Positions 39,270 through 49,675 of a DNA stretch of 64,000 nucleotides are shown here, piece by piece (position 1 is the first letter of the stretch; each line of letters starts with the position of its first letter). Source of the DNA: Candidatus Thermosaccharophagus tengchongensis (GTDB lineage: Bacteria; Armatimonadota; Fervidibacteria; Fervidibacterales; Thermosaccharophagaceae). Below the pieces are notes generated by a model. The model was not told the origin of the DNA, ran no database searches, and saw only the letters and a list, made by a program, of their open reading frames with translations. The stretch lies in the NCBI GenBank assembly GCA_032161105.1, contig JAVHTD010000010.1; one strand, given 5' to 3'. The position numbers and the translations under genes were made by a program.

Positions 39270-40700
39270 ATGTATTCAATCCTGCTGATTGGGGCGCTCA
39301 CTTTCGTCAGCGGCTTGATAGCTTACATCGGAGATGTGCTCGGAAGGAAGCTCGGAAAGAAGCGCTTGACGATATTTCGCTTGCGCCCGCGCCATACGGC
39401 AATGCTCATATCCGTGATTGCTGGCATCATCATCTTCGTCATGACAGTCACTGTCCTTGCCGCTGCCAGCCGTGAAGTCAGATTGGCATTGTTTGAGCTT
39501 GATAAGCTCCTCAGCGAACGAAATCAATTGCAAAAGCAGCTTGATGGGCTCCGCTCATCATACCATCTGTGGAAGAAGCAAGCCGAAGTCCTTAGCCGCA
39601 GGTTAAAGACCGAACAGGAAAGGGTGATGCAAGTCCAGCGCCGCTATGCCCAAGTGAACGCAGAGTTGCTCAAAGCCAAGCTCCAATTGGGTGAGTCAAA
39701 ATCTCGGCTCCAAAGGATGAGCAAAGAGTTGGCGCAGTTGGAGAGGGAGCTTTCAAGGTCTCAAGCTCAACTTGCAGCGAGCCGCTCGGAGTTGAGGCAA
39801 GTCAGCGCAGCGCTCAAGGATACAACGGAAAATCTGCAAAGCAGCCGTAAGGAGTTGGAAAGGGTTAAGCTTGAGATAGCCAAAGCTGACGAGACAGCGA
39901 GGCGCTCCATCGCCACAGCTCGCAAGCAGCTTGATGAGCTTCGCAGGCAAGTTGACGAGCTGCAAGCAATGAGGGCAGAGATGGAGCGATACAGAAAGAG
40001 CCTTGATGCATATGTGGCGCAACTGCTCTTCAGGGGGGATTTGATATACCGTGCCGAGGAGACGATCGCCATAGGCGTCATTGATGGTTCAATGCCGAAG
40101 GAGAGGATACTGGCGGAACTCCAGGGATTGTTGGATGATGCCGATAAGCTCGCCAAAAGAAAGGGTGCATCGGCTCATGACGGCGAGAGGGCTGTCAAAA
40201 TCTTCGGTATGCTCATCAAGCTCCCCGGACAGGATGATCCAGTTCTGTTCACTGAGAAGGACATCCTCAATGTCATTGCCGAGAACATAAGCGAGACTGG
40301 CGGGAGCGTCATCGCTGAGGTTTACGCCAAACGAAACTCATTCACAGGTGAGCAAGTCCCGGTTGACATAAGGTTGTATCGCAACCAACTCGTCTTCAAG
40401 CACGGAGAAGTGCTTGCCTCAAGAAAGCTCAATGGGAGGGCGCCTGTTGGAGAGCTAATGGAAGAGCTCGCCAGCATGATTTACACCGACTTGACCAGGG
40501 TGGCTCGCGAGAGGGGTTTGCTGATGCGCACCGATGGCGAGCGCCCAACATATGGCTCAATACCGTTCTTTGAGCTCGGCAATGTCATTGAGCAACTCAA
40601 GCGCATTAACGGTCCGGCAATAGTGGAAGCACTCGCAAAGCGAGACACATTCACAGTCGGACCACTTGAGGTTGAGTTGCGAATTGTTCCGGGAGGCTAA
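39270..40700 (+). CDS. DUF3084 domain membrane-anchored coiled-coil protein
   Basis: IAYIGD.LG.K.GKKRLT.F.LRPRHTA; long heptad coiled coil. Confidence 0.9.
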   Translation: MYSILLIGALTFVSGLIAYIGDVLGRKLGKKRLTIFRLRPRHTAMLISVIAGIIIFVMTVTVLAAASREVRLALFELDKLLSERNQLQKQLDGLRSSYHLWKKQAEVLSRRLKTEQERVMQVQRRYAQVNAELLKAKLQLGESKSRLQRMSKELAQLERELSRSQAQLAASRSELRQVSAALKDTTENLQSSRKELERVKLEIAKADETARRSIATARKQLDELRRQVDELQAMRAEMERYRKSLDAYVAQLLFRGDLIYRAEETIAIGVIDGSMPKERILAELQGLLDDADKLAKRKGASAHDGERAVKIFGMLIKLPGQDDPVLFTEKDILNVIAENISETGGSVIAEVYAKRNSFTGEQVPVDIRLYRNQLVFKHGEVLASRKLNGRAPVGELMEELASMIYTDLTRVARERGLLMRTDGERPTYGSIPFFELGNVIEQLKRINGPAIVEALAKRDTFTVGPLEVELRIVPGG

Positions 40701-40790
40701 GCCAACTCCATAAACACAATTTGCGCCACAGCAACCGTGCGGGATGAACGACAAACTTTAAACCGGACGGTGACGCCCGTGAGAAGTAGG

Positions 40791-41192
40791 ATGGCATTAT
40801 CTCTGGTGCTTGCGATTGCCTTAGCCGGTTGTTCGGGCAACCCATTCAAAAGCCTTTCCATCCTCTCGGTCAGCATTAACCCAACTGAGCTCCCGCCGGA
40901 GGGTGGGCAAGTCCAAATCGTCGTTGACGCCACAAGGGGTGATGAAGCAGTTGCAAGAGTGACAAGATACGGCGATTGGCTGTTTTTTGTGAGCTACACA
41001 GTCAGGCTTGCTGAAGTGACTGCCATTGATCTGGAAAAGAGGCGTTGGAAAGGCACGATTGACTTTCCACCAAACCATACTTCCAGAGACCAACGATACA
41101 TCATCGTTGTCACTGTGCGAGATGACCACAAGCAAGACCAGCGCATAAAAGAGGTCATTGTTAGAACGAGGGAAGCTAACCGCTCAGGGTAA
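40791..41192 (+). CDS. Putative lipoprotein (beta-sandwich-like)
   Basis: Lipobox LAGC after a hydrophobic stretch. Confidence 0.7.
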   Translation: MALSLVLAIALAGCSGNPFKSLSILSVSINPTELPPEGGQVQIVVDATRGDEAVARVTRYGDWLFFVSYTVRLAEVTAIDLEKRRWKGTIDFPPNHTSRDQRYIIVVTVRDDHKQDQRIKEVIVRTREANRSG

Positions 41193-41307
41193 CCATCACC
41201 CTTCTGAACGGAGTGAACATTGTTATTTCGCCGTGAAACCTTGTATGGGCTAAAGCCATTGCTGCAAGTTGGAGTGCCCTCATCACATCAATTCGGCGGT
41301 ATGAAAT

Positions 41308-41697
41308 TCATTGAGCCTTCCTCGGAGCATAAGCGATGACATCTATTTCAACGAGCATCCCGGGAAGGAGCGTTGATTGGACCGTTGTCCTCGTAGGCTT
41401 TGGGTCGGGGAAATACTCAGCGTAGACCGCATTGAACCTGTCAAACAGATTTATGTCAGCGAGGTGGACTGTGACCTTGACGCAATCTGCCAATGTTGCA
41501 CCGGCTGCTTCAAGGAGTGCCCTTATGTTTTCAAGTGTGCGGCGGGTTTGCTCCTCAATTGTCTCACCAACGAGCTTGCGTGTCTTCGGGTCTATAGCGC
41601 CCTGCCCGGAAACGAAAACGAAATCGCCCACCCTCAGTGCGGGAGAATACGGACCAACCGGCTTTGGGGCATCCTCTGAAATGATGAGCTCCTTCAT
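41308..41697 (-). CDS. RidA/YjgF family enamine deaminase
   Basis: AP.PVGPYS, FVSGQ, FN.VY..YF..P.PTRT.V, VEI. Confidence 0.93.
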   Translation of the reverse strand: MKELIISEDAPKPVGPYSPALRVGDFVFVSGQGAIDPKTRKLVGETIEEQTRRTLENIRALLEAAGATLADCVKVTVHLADINLFDRFNAVYAEYFPDPKPTRTTVQSTLLPGMLVEIDVIAYAPRKAQ

Positions 41698-41741
41698 TGC
41701 CACCACCCCATAGCTAAGCGCCTGCTGAGGTGAATCATGAA

Positions 41742-42845
41742 TCATTTGAGAAGGCTTGTGATAACCTCCTTTAGAGCGTTGAGCGCCATTAGCAGGTCAT
41801 TTTCATGCACCCAACCAACATGCCCGATGCGAATCATCTTGCCGCGCATGTGGTCCATTCCGCCGGCGACGATCACATTATGCTCCTCGCGCAACTTTTT
41901 CACCACAGCGCCTCCATCAAGCCCTTCAGGAAGTGTCACCCCTGTGACTGTGTTTGATGCCACATCGTCATCGGCGAGCAATCCAAGCCCCATGCCAATC
42001 TCGCGGATGCCATTGCGCACGATTTGTTTCATCCTCTCATGGCGAGCATAGACATTGCTCAGCCCATCTTCAAACAGCATGTCCAATGCCTCATCAAGCG
42101 CAAAGAGCAACGGCAATGCTGGAGTATACGGATTTTGATGGCGCTCCATATAGCGCTTGTGCAACTTGAAGTCCCAGTAGTAGCGCGGCATCTTAGCCCT
42201 CTCCACAGCCTCCCACGCACGCTCATTCAGGGCAACGAAGCTCAACCCGGGTGGTGTCATCAGCCCCTTCTGTGAGCCACCAATCACAACATCCACATCC
42301 CAATCGTCCATGGGAAGCTCAATAGCGCCGAGCGAGCTTATGGCATCAACGATGAGCAGTGCTTCATTCTCCCTCGCCAACTTGGCGAGCGGTTGTATTG
42401 GGTTTGTCACGCCAGTTGAAGTCTCGTTATGCGTCACAAGCAAAGCCCGGTAAGTTTTATCAGCCGACTTGAACGCCCTCTCAACTTCCTCAATCTCAAC
42501 CGCCTTCCCCCAAGGAAAACTGAGCACCTTTACATCGGCTCCAAACGCACTCGCTATATCGGCAAATCTATCACCGAAGTGACCAATTGATGTCGCAAGA
42601 ACTGCATCACCCGGTGAGAGCAAATTTGCCACAGCGGCTTCCATTGCCCCAGTGCCCGATGCCGGGAAAACAATCACATCGCCCTTAGTCCCGAAGACCG
42701 CCCTCAGCTTTGACAGAAGCTGCTCAAAGAAGGACTCATACTCCGGACCACGGTGGTTTATCATCGGGCGGCACATGGCTCTCAGCACTCTTGGCGGGAC
42801 CGGAGTTGGACCGGGTATGAGCAAAATTTGCTTCTCAGCAAACAT
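41742..42845 (-). CDS. Class V aminotransferase (alanine-glyoxylate/serine-pyruvate family)
   Basis: IPGPTPV, SGTGAMEA, HNETSTGV, DAISS, GSQKG. Confidence 0.93.
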   Translation of the reverse strand: MFAEKQILLIPGPTPVPPRVLRAMCRPMINHRGPEYESFFEQLLSKLRAVFGTKGDVIVFPASGTGAMEAAVANLLSPGDAVLATSIGHFGDRFADIASAFGADVKVLSFPWGKAVEIEEVERAFKSADKTYRALLVTHNETSTGVTNPIQPLAKLARENEALLIVDAISSLGAIELPMDDWDVDVVIGGSQKGLMTPPGLSFVALNERAWEAVERAKMPRYYWDFKLHKRYMERHQNPYTPALPLLFALDEALDMLFEDGLSNVYARHERMKQIVRNGIREIGMGLGLLADDDVASNTVTGVTLPEGLDGGAVVKKLREEHNVIVAGGMDHMRGKMIRIGHVGWVHENDLLMALNALKEVITSLLK

Positions 42846-43000
42846 GGCGCACATCCCCTTCATCGCTCGTTTTCTCTTCAGTCTTTCTGGCTACAGCATA
42901 TGAGCAACGATTTTGCCGACCGAGACAGACGGCGCACTGTAAGCCATCAATCCCAGTGACAAGGGAGCGTTGCTCTTGGTGACCTCTTCAAAACCGCCTC

Positions 43001-43621
43001 TCACACAAACATTGAGAGCATCGGCTTCGCCTCAGCGAGTGTGAATTCATTACCGTGCCCCGGGTGGATAACAGTGTCCGGGGGCAGCGTGAGTATTCGC
43101 TCCCGTATTGTCTTCATCATCTCCTCGTGTGATCCTCCGGGGAAGTCCGTTCGCCCGATGCCGCTCTCAAAGATGATGTCGCCACTGAACAAATGACCAT
43201 CAACAAACAGCGCTATGTGTCCGGGAGAATGACCGGGCGCACTAATGACCTTCAACTTGACGGCGCCAACTTCAATCTCTTGCCCGTCGTCAAGCAGTTC
43301 ATCCGGCTCTGGAACGGACGATGCAATGAAGCCGAAGAAAAGCGCCTGAGGCTTCGCATGCTTGAGCACATCCCGTTCCATACGCCCAACTGCGAAGGGC
43401 GCACCATATCTCCCCTTCAACTCGCCAACTGCCATAACATGGTCAAAGTGACCATGCGTTGCAATGATGCATTTGATGGCTGCTCCATGATAACTCACCA
43501 CCGCAGAAATCCTTGAAGCCTCATCCCCGGGGTCTATGATGGCTGCCTCCTTTGTCACATCGCAGACGACGATATAACAATTCGTTTGCAGAGGACCGAC
43601 GACCACCCTGTCAATCAGCAC
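43001..43621 (-). CDS. MBL-fold metallo-hydrolase (glyoxalase II-like)
   Basis: THGHFDH, PGHSPG, SGD, GRTD, PGHG. Confidence 0.93.
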   Translation of the reverse strand: MLIDRVVVGPLQTNCYIVVCDVTKEAAIIDPGDEASRISAVVSYHGAAIKCIIATHGHFDHVMAVGELKGRYGAPFAVGRMERDVLKHAKPQALFFGFIASSVPEPDELLDDGQEIEVGAVKLKVISAPGHSPGHIALFVDGHLFSGDIIFESGIGRTDFPGGSHEEMMKTIRERILTLPPDTVIHPGHGNEFTLAEAKPMLSMFV

Positions 43622-44676
43622 ACCACATCACCTCTCAGGGGCGAAACCCTCGCCCTCCCAACAATCGGGATGCACTCACCGCACCTCGGACACTTGTTCT
43701 CCTCGGCAAGGTTCACACTTATGGTCATGAAACTCATCCGCCGTATGAGCTCTTCACCGCATCGCGGGCAGTAAGTGTTTTCGCCACTATGCCCATGCAC
43801 ATTGCCGATGTATGGAAAACGCACGCCCATTTCCTTCGCCATATCGTAAGCGCGCTTGAGCCGGCTTACCGAGGTTGGTGAGGCTGTGAAATACCTCGCC
43901 GGAAAGTAGCGATTGAAGTGTATGGGGACTTCCTCACCGAGCATCTCAATGTGCCTCTTGATGAGCCACTCAATGGTTGCATCATCATCCGAAACGCCCG
44001 TGACGAGCAGGCAAACTATCTCCACATGCACGCCGCGTTCCTTGGCATGAGCAGCAACATTCCATATGTGCTCAACATCGGCACCACCGCAGTAGCGCTC
44101 ATATGCTTCTTGTCTTCCTTTGACATCCACATTCATTCCATCCATGCCGGCGTCAATGAGCGCATCAAGCGCTTCAAATGTCATGTAGCCATTTGAAACA
44201 AAGCAGCAATAAAGCCCATGGCGCTTTGCGAGTGGGAAAAGCTCAACGCAAAACTCAAACAGCAGCGTTGGCTCATTGAATGAGACGCATACGCCATCAT
44301 CGCCATGCATTAATGCCATCTCCAAGACCCTCTCCGGCGTAAGCAGCCGGCTCACCTTCGGCGGCGCAACTCCCGAAAGATGATAGTTCTGACACCACGC
44401 ACAGCTTAAGTTGCACGACCATGTTGAGAATGTGAGCGAGGTTGAGCCCGGGTGATAGTGGAAGAATGGCTTTATCTCAATCGGGCGTGACTCAATTGCC
44501 GAGATGTTGCCGTAAGTGAGCGTGAACAGCTCGCCGCCAAAGTTAACCCTCGCCCTGCAAAAGCCGCTTTTGCCGTCGCCAATGATGCAGCGCCTGTTGC
44601 AAAGCCCGCACCTCACTCTTGCCCCATTGAGCCTCTCATAAAGCATCGCCGGGTGCATTTGAACAACCACCGCCAT
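43615..44676 (-). CDS. amrS: AmmeMemoRadiSam system radical SAM enzyme
   Basis: C.LC...C...G.C..R, PIE.KPF.H..PG, CNLSCAWCQN, NEP, T.CP.CG. Confidence 0.88.
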   Translation of the reverse strand: MAVVVQMHPAMLYERLNGARVRCGLCNRRCIIGDGKSGFCRARVNFGGELFTLTYGNISAIESRPIEIKPFFHYHPGSTSLTFSTWSCNLSCAWCQNYHLSGVAPPKVSRLLTPERVLEMALMHGDDGVCVSFNEPTLLFEFCVELFPLAKRHGLYCCFVSNGYMTFEALDALIDAGMDGMNVDVKGRQEAYERYCGGADVEHIWNVAAHAKERGVHVEIVCLLVTGVSDDDATIEWLIKRHIEMLGEEVPIHFNRYFPARYFTASPTSVSRLKRAYDMAKEMGVRFPYIGNVHGHSGENTYCPRCGEELIRRMSFMTISVNLAEENKCPRCGECIPIVGRARVSPLRGDVVC

Positions 44677-44742
44677 CACTCGCGGAATGAATCGCAAAGG
44701 GTGACCACATATCGGAACGGTCGGCATCGCTCAGCGGCAAAG

Positions 44743-46803
44743 TTACTGGCGCACCTTCGCGCCGAAGCGCTCGCACACAACCCGCTTTACACGCTCCATT
44801 AGTTCTTCAACCTCTTCCCCCTTCAGCGTCCTATCGGCAGCCCTAAGTGAAATTGAGAACGCAAGGCTCTTCATACCCTCCCCAAGCTGCTCGCTGCGAT
44901 ATTCATCAAACGGCATAACTGACTCGGCAAGCCCACCGCATGCCTCCATAATGGCTTTCGCTATAGCGCCGGCTTCAACATCCTCCGGGACGACAAAAGC
45001 CAAATCGCGCTCAACAGCCGGGTAAATCGGCAGCGGCTTGAATTCCTTCCTCCGCTTGATAAAGCTTGCCAGTTCGTCAAAATCAAGCTCGGCTGCATAA
45101 ACCGGGTTTCGGAAATCATGCTCACGCTCTATGCTCTTGTGGATGCGCCCGAGAATGCCGACACTCTTTCCGCCGATCACGAGATGCGCAGTCTGGTGCG
45201 GATGAAAAGCTTCATGCGCTGCCCGAACATATTCGGAATCCGTTATCCCCAACGCGTTCAACAGCTCTTCCACAATTCCCTTGAGTGTATAGAAGTCAGC
45301 CACCATACCACCTTCAACGCCCCGCCTTACCGAATGAGCCGCTCCAGTTATGACGAGACAAAGATGCCTCCTCTCATCGCCGCGCTTCGTTCGCACATCA
45401 AACGAATAGACTTTCCCGAGCTCAAATATCCACACATCGTAAACCCTGCGCCTCATGTTCGTCTCAACAACCGAAAGCAACGATGGCAGCAAGCTTGTTC
45501 GCAGCATGCGATACTCCTTGACCAATGGGTTGCGCACTAACACAACGCTGTCACCGGTGTGAAATCCGAAGGCTTGTTGTGCCTCCGGACTCGTTAAGCT
45601 GTAGGTCACAACCTCGCTCAGACCGAGCCGAGTCAACAGCTCCTTGCAGCGCATCTCAATAACCCTTTGCGTGCTCTCACCGCTGGACTCCGATATACCC
45701 TTTGGAAGCGTCGCCGGTATGCGCTCATAGCCGTAAAGGCGAGCTACCTCCTCTATCAAGTCGGCTTCCTGTTCAATGTCATTCCTCCAAGTTGGCACTG
45801 TCACAAGAAGGACATCATCGCCTTCCGGATGCACAATTAACCCAAGCCTGCAAAGCATGCTTTGAGCCTCCTCAACGCTTACCTCAATCCCGAGCACCTT
45901 CCGCGCCCTGCTCACGCGCAGCCTCACTTCCTTGGGCTTGATGGGCTTGGGATAGATGTCAATGACTCCCTTGTGGACTTTGCCGCCGGCGATTTGGACA
46001 ATGAGCTCGGCTGCCAAGTCAAGCGCCCTCACAGTCCCATTCGGGTCAACCCACCGCTCAAACCGATACGAAGCCTCGGTGCGCATCCCCAAGCGCTTCG
46101 CCGTCTTTCGTATGCTTGAGTTCAGGAAGTGAGCTGACTCAAGCAGGATGCAGGTTGTATCGGGTGTGACCTCGCTCTCAAGCCCACCCATCACTCCGGC
46201 AACGGCTATCGGTTTCTTCTCATCGGCGATGACGAGCATATCCTCATTCAAGACCCTCAACTCGCCGTCAAGCGTCACAATCGTCTCGCCATGCTTAGCC
46301 CTGCGAACTATGACTTTACCACCGGCGATCCTCTCAAAATCAAATGCGTGCAGCGGCTGTCCAAACCCAAACATCACATAGTTGGTGACATCCACGACAT
46401 TGTTTATCGGGGCTTGACCGCATGCGTTCAACCTCTCCTGAAGCCACTTCGGTGACTCACCAACTTTTACATCGCTTATCAAGCGCGCCGAGTAGCGCGG
46501 GCACAGCACCGTATCCTCTACGGTGATGGTCACATGGTTGGCTATTTCATCGCCCTCTTCACGAACTGATGGCGTTATGCATCTCAAAGGGATGTTGAAT
46601 ATGGCTGCCACTTCCCTCGCCACACCTTCAACCGAGAGCCAGTCACCCCTGTTTGGTGTGATCTCCAAATCAAACACCGTGTCGCTCCCGATGTTCTCAA
46701 TGGCTTCAACTGATAACCCAGCCATTTCAAGCCTATGGGCAAGCTCGCTCACATCAACTCGCACATCAACGAACTCGCGCAGCCATGATAGCGGCACTCT
46801 CAT
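44743..46803 (-). CDS. pheT: Phenylalanyl-tRNA synthetase beta subunit (short form lacking the B2 OB-fold)
   Basis: ITPNRGD, INNVVD.TNY, EASYRFER, DLIEEVARLYGY, RDLA, C-terminal FDX-ACB domain. Confidence 0.96.
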   Translation of the reverse strand: MRVPLSWLREFVDVRVDVSELAHRLEMAGLSVEAIENIGSDTVFDLEITPNRGDWLSVEGVAREVAAIFNIPLRCITPSVREEGDEIANHVTITVEDTVLCPRYSARLISDVKVGESPKWLQERLNACGQAPINNVVDVTNYVMFGFGQPLHAFDFERIAGGKVIVRRAKHGETIVTLDGELRVLNEDMLVIADEKKPIAVAGVMGGLESEVTPDTTCILLESAHFLNSSIRKTAKRLGMRTEASYRFERWVDPNGTVRALDLAAELIVQIAGGKVHKGVIDIYPKPIKPKEVRLRVSRARKVLGIEVSVEEAQSMLCRLGLIVHPEGDDVLLVTVPTWRNDIEQEADLIEEVARLYGYERIPATLPKGISESSGESTQRVIEMRCKELLTRLGLSEVVTYSLTSPEAQQAFGFHTGDSVVLVRNPLVKEYRMLRTSLLPSLLSVVETNMRRRVYDVWIFELGKVYSFDVRTKRGDERRHLCLVITGAAHSVRRGVEGGMVADFYTLKGIVEELLNALGITDSEYVRAAHEAFHPHQTAHLVIGGKSVGILGRIHKSIEREHDFRNPVYAAELDFDELASFIKRRKEFKPLPIYPAVERDLAFVVPEDVEAGAIAKAIMEACGGLAESVMPFDEYRSEQLGEGMKSLAFSISLRAADRTLKGEEVEELMERVKRVVCERFGAKVRQ

Positions 46804-46969
46804 GGCGCATTCACCCCTTGCGCTAATCCCAGTTGAGCATCACAATACCGACGGAGCATCAACTATGATCATGCGAGGCTTATAACCGCAATTGCAGAAT
46901 GACAGCGTCACAATGGCTTGTAAAGTGGGCTTATAAGCCACAACGCTTGTGACGGGGAGTTTGATAGTG

Positions 46970-47542
46970 ATGGCGCACATTCGCAGCTTCATAGCTATTG
47001 AGCTTCCAGAAGATGTCCGAAGGCGCATAGCGGATGTGATATCCGAAGCTGCAAAGCATGGCGGCGCTATTAAGTGGGTGGAGACGCACAACTTACACCT
47101 GACCCTTAAGTTCCTCGGAAATGTGCGTGAGGAACTCATCCCGCATGTGAGCGCAACACTTGATGTCATCGCCAGACAGTCTACGCCATTTGAGTTTGAT
47201 GTCGCAGGCGTGGGCGGTTTCCCGAACATCAATCGCCCGAGAGTGCTATGGGTTGGCGTTACCGCAACGGATGAACTGTTCAAGCTGCAGGAGCAAATTG
47301 AGTGCGCAATGGAAAAGCTCGGCATGCCGAAGGAGGAGCGCACATTCCACCCGCACATCACAATCGGGCGAGTTAAATCACCGCATGGATTGCTCCATAC
47401 TTTGGAAACGCTTAAGAAGTTTGAAAAGGAGCAATTCGGGCGCGTGCCCGTGAAGCACATAGTGTTGATGCGAAGTGACTTGACGCCATCTGGACCAATT
47501 TATAACGCCATCTCTCGGCACGAGCTTTCGGGAAGGGATTAG
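46970..47542 (+). CDS. thpR: RNA 2',3'-cyclic phosphodiesterase (2H family)
   Basis: R.FIAI, HLTLKFLG, HPHITIGR. Confidence 0.95.
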   Translation: MAHIRSFIAIELPEDVRRRIADVISEAAKHGGAIKWVETHNLHLTLKFLGNVREELIPHVSATLDVIARQSTPFEFDVAGVGGFPNINRPRVLWVGVTATDELFKLQEQIECAMEKLGMPKEERTFHPHITIGRVKSPHGLLHTLETLKKFEKEQFGRVPVKHIVLMRSDLTPSGPIYNAISRHELSGRD

Positions 47543-47571
47543 CGGAGTCTGATACGATGCAGCCAAATAGC

Positions 47572-49167
47572 TCACTCACCCTTTTGGCGAGTGAGCAAAG
47601 CCGCAAGCAGCAATGCCATAAGCAGCAATGATGCGCAGGGAATCACGATATCACCGAAGCGCGCGTAAGCCGTCATGCGATGCCCATTCGGGATGCCTAT
47701 AGCGCCGTGCAGTATGCGCCGTTGGCGCAGTGGCAATTCAGCTACAACCCTCCCAATTGGATCAACGATGCAACTCACGCCAGAGTTGGCAGCCCTTATG
47801 AGGTAAAGCCTGAATTCAACCGCACGCAGCCTTGCCACAGCAGCATGATGCTCTGCCATCCAGCTCCCCCAAAACCACTCATCGTTTGTTATGATGACGA
47901 GAACATTTGCGCCGCCCTTCACCTGCAAACGCATCACCCACGGAAAGAGCGAATCAAAACATATGGCAACTGCCGCCGAAATGTTGCGCAGGTGCAACGG
48001 CTCAGCGTTTTCCCCATGGGAGAGGTCTTTCTCATGAGCTGCTATGCGCTCAAGAAATTTGAAGCGGTTGCGCAACGGCACAAACTCACCAAACGGCACG
48101 AGCTTCAACTTGCGGTATGTCCCAACTAACATGCCGTCTGCACTCACGCCATAGCATGCATTGTAAATCTTGCCCAATGAATGCTCCCTCTCCAGCGCAC
48201 CAATGAGCATATCAGCGCCCGACCGTTTGGCAAGCTCTCTCAGCATCAGGCTCGCTTCACCCCACTCGTTCAACGGTGCTGGAATGGCTGTCTCAGCCCA
48301 CGCAACAAGCTTTGGACGATGCCTCATAGATGCCTTCGTCATTGCCACATGAAGCCTGAGTGCCCTCTCCAACCCATCACGACTTTGCTTCTCACGCCAT
48401 CCCACATTGCCTTGAATTACTGCAACGGGGAGGGCGTTCCAACTCGCTCCATCTCCCAGTTGCTTCTCCCAAAGCTCAATCAACCTCCCGCCGATGCAAA
48501 ACCAACCGACAACGCAAGCGATGCCCAACAACCCATTGCACAGCCAACCACGCCAATTGCCCTCCACCGCTTCTGCCAGAGATAGCGCAAATATTCCGCT
48601 GAGCGCTGTGAGCAGAAAGCACAGCCCGTAAACCCCAACGAACTCAGCAGGTTGAAGCAGCTTCACGCATGGCAGCAGCGCATGCGCGATGCATCCCCAT
48701 TGCGAACTCATCACGCCAAGTGAGCGAAGCCACTCGGAAAGAGTCCACGCACATGCGCATGCGGGAACAAACCAAACCCTTCCAACCCTGCTGGCAACCA
48801 ATCGCAGGATAGCTCCAGCTGGGGCAAAGAAGGCGCTCTGCATAGCCGCGAGTCCGAGCCACGCAATGATGCTCAAGCATGAAGCAGCGAATGGAGAAAG
48901 GCGCACCATAGAACGGAGCGAGATAATCGTTGGCACGAGAGGTAGATTGAGCAGCGCTTGAATTGTGAAAGCGCAAACCCAGATGGCGAGCACCGCCCAC
49001 GGCAAATTGCATCTGCGGGAGCAAATCGGGGCAAGCACCAAAGAGAGGGCAAACACCAACCACCACGCGCCGACAGCGAATGAAAGTGCAACTATGGTGC
49101 CGCTTACAACCCCAAGCACTATGGCATAGCGCCAATCCAAAATGTTTCCGCCACCGTGCTTAACCAC
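47572..49167 (-). CDS. lnt: Apolipoprotein N-acyltransferase
   Basis: Multiple TMs; QGN, WAETA, K.KLVPFGE, ICFD, TND.W, R.VE, RAANSG. Confidence 0.93.
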   Translation of the reverse strand: MVKHGGGNILDWRYAIVLGVVSGTIVALSFAVGAWWLVFALSLVLAPICSRRCNLPWAVLAIWVCAFTIQALLNLPLVPTIISLRSMVRLSPFAASCLSIIAWLGLAAMQSAFFAPAGAILRLVASRVGRVWFVPACACAWTLSEWLRSLGVMSSQWGCIAHALLPCVKLLQPAEFVGVYGLCFLLTALSGIFALSLAEAVEGNWRGWLCNGLLGIACVVGWFCIGGRLIELWEKQLGDGASWNALPVAVIQGNVGWREKQSRDGLERALRLHVAMTKASMRHRPKLVAWAETAIPAPLNEWGEASLMLRELAKRSGADMLIGALEREHSLGKIYNACYGVSADGMLVGTYRKLKLVPFGEFVPLRNRFKFLERIAAHEKDLSHGENAEPLHLRNISAAVAICFDSLFPWVMRLQVKGGANVLVIITNDEWFWGSWMAEHHAAVARLRAVEFRLYLIRAANSGVSCIVDPIGRVVAELPLRQRRILHGAIGIPNGHRMTAYARFGDIVIPCASLLLMALLLAALLTRQKGE

Positions 49168-49649
49168 TTACTCACCCTTTCTCGGCGTGCGCGCTCAAAC
49201 TGCTCAAAATCCTTCAGAGCTCGCACTGTGGGAACGGGCAAACGCAATACCTTATCACCGAGCTGCGTCTGCAACTCGCTTAGCAGCAACTTCAACTCCT
49301 CGTCCACATTTGCCGGGAGCTCGTCAAGCAGGCTGGGCTTTTCCGACGGCTCAATGCCCAACGGCTGGACCAGCGTCTCGCCCTCATCAATGTATCCAAA
49401 AGTTCTTGCGAGCATCTTTTTTCCGTCGGGAGTTTTCAGGTAACGCAGCTTAGAGCGTGTCTTAGCCATCTCCTTTATCAATTGGCTTTGCTCATCGGTG
49501 AGCCGAAACCTCTCCCAAAGCAGCCTTTCAGTCACGCACACCTCGTCTCTCATTCGGCAGAGTGTGCCAATCAATGCCCAAAGCAAAAGCGCCCGCACTA
49601 ACGCCTGTAGTATGCCAATGGCACGCCCCTCCTCCGTCCTCTTCCTCAT
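49119..49649 (-). CDS. FtsB/DivIC-like protein
   Basis: Short basic N-terminus, one TM, coiled coil, AR..GY...GE motif. Confidence 0.5.
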   Translation of the reverse strand: MRKRTEEGRAIGILQALVRALLLWALIGTLCRMRDEVCVTERLLWERFRLTDEQSQLIKEMAKTRSKLRYLKTPDGKKMLARTFGYIDEGETLVQPLGIEPSEKPSLLDELPANVDEELKLLLSELQTQLGDKVLRLPVPTVRALKDFEQFERARRERVSKWLSTVAETFWIGAMP

Positions 49650-49675
49650 CCCGATTCACCATGCCCAGCGCAGCA

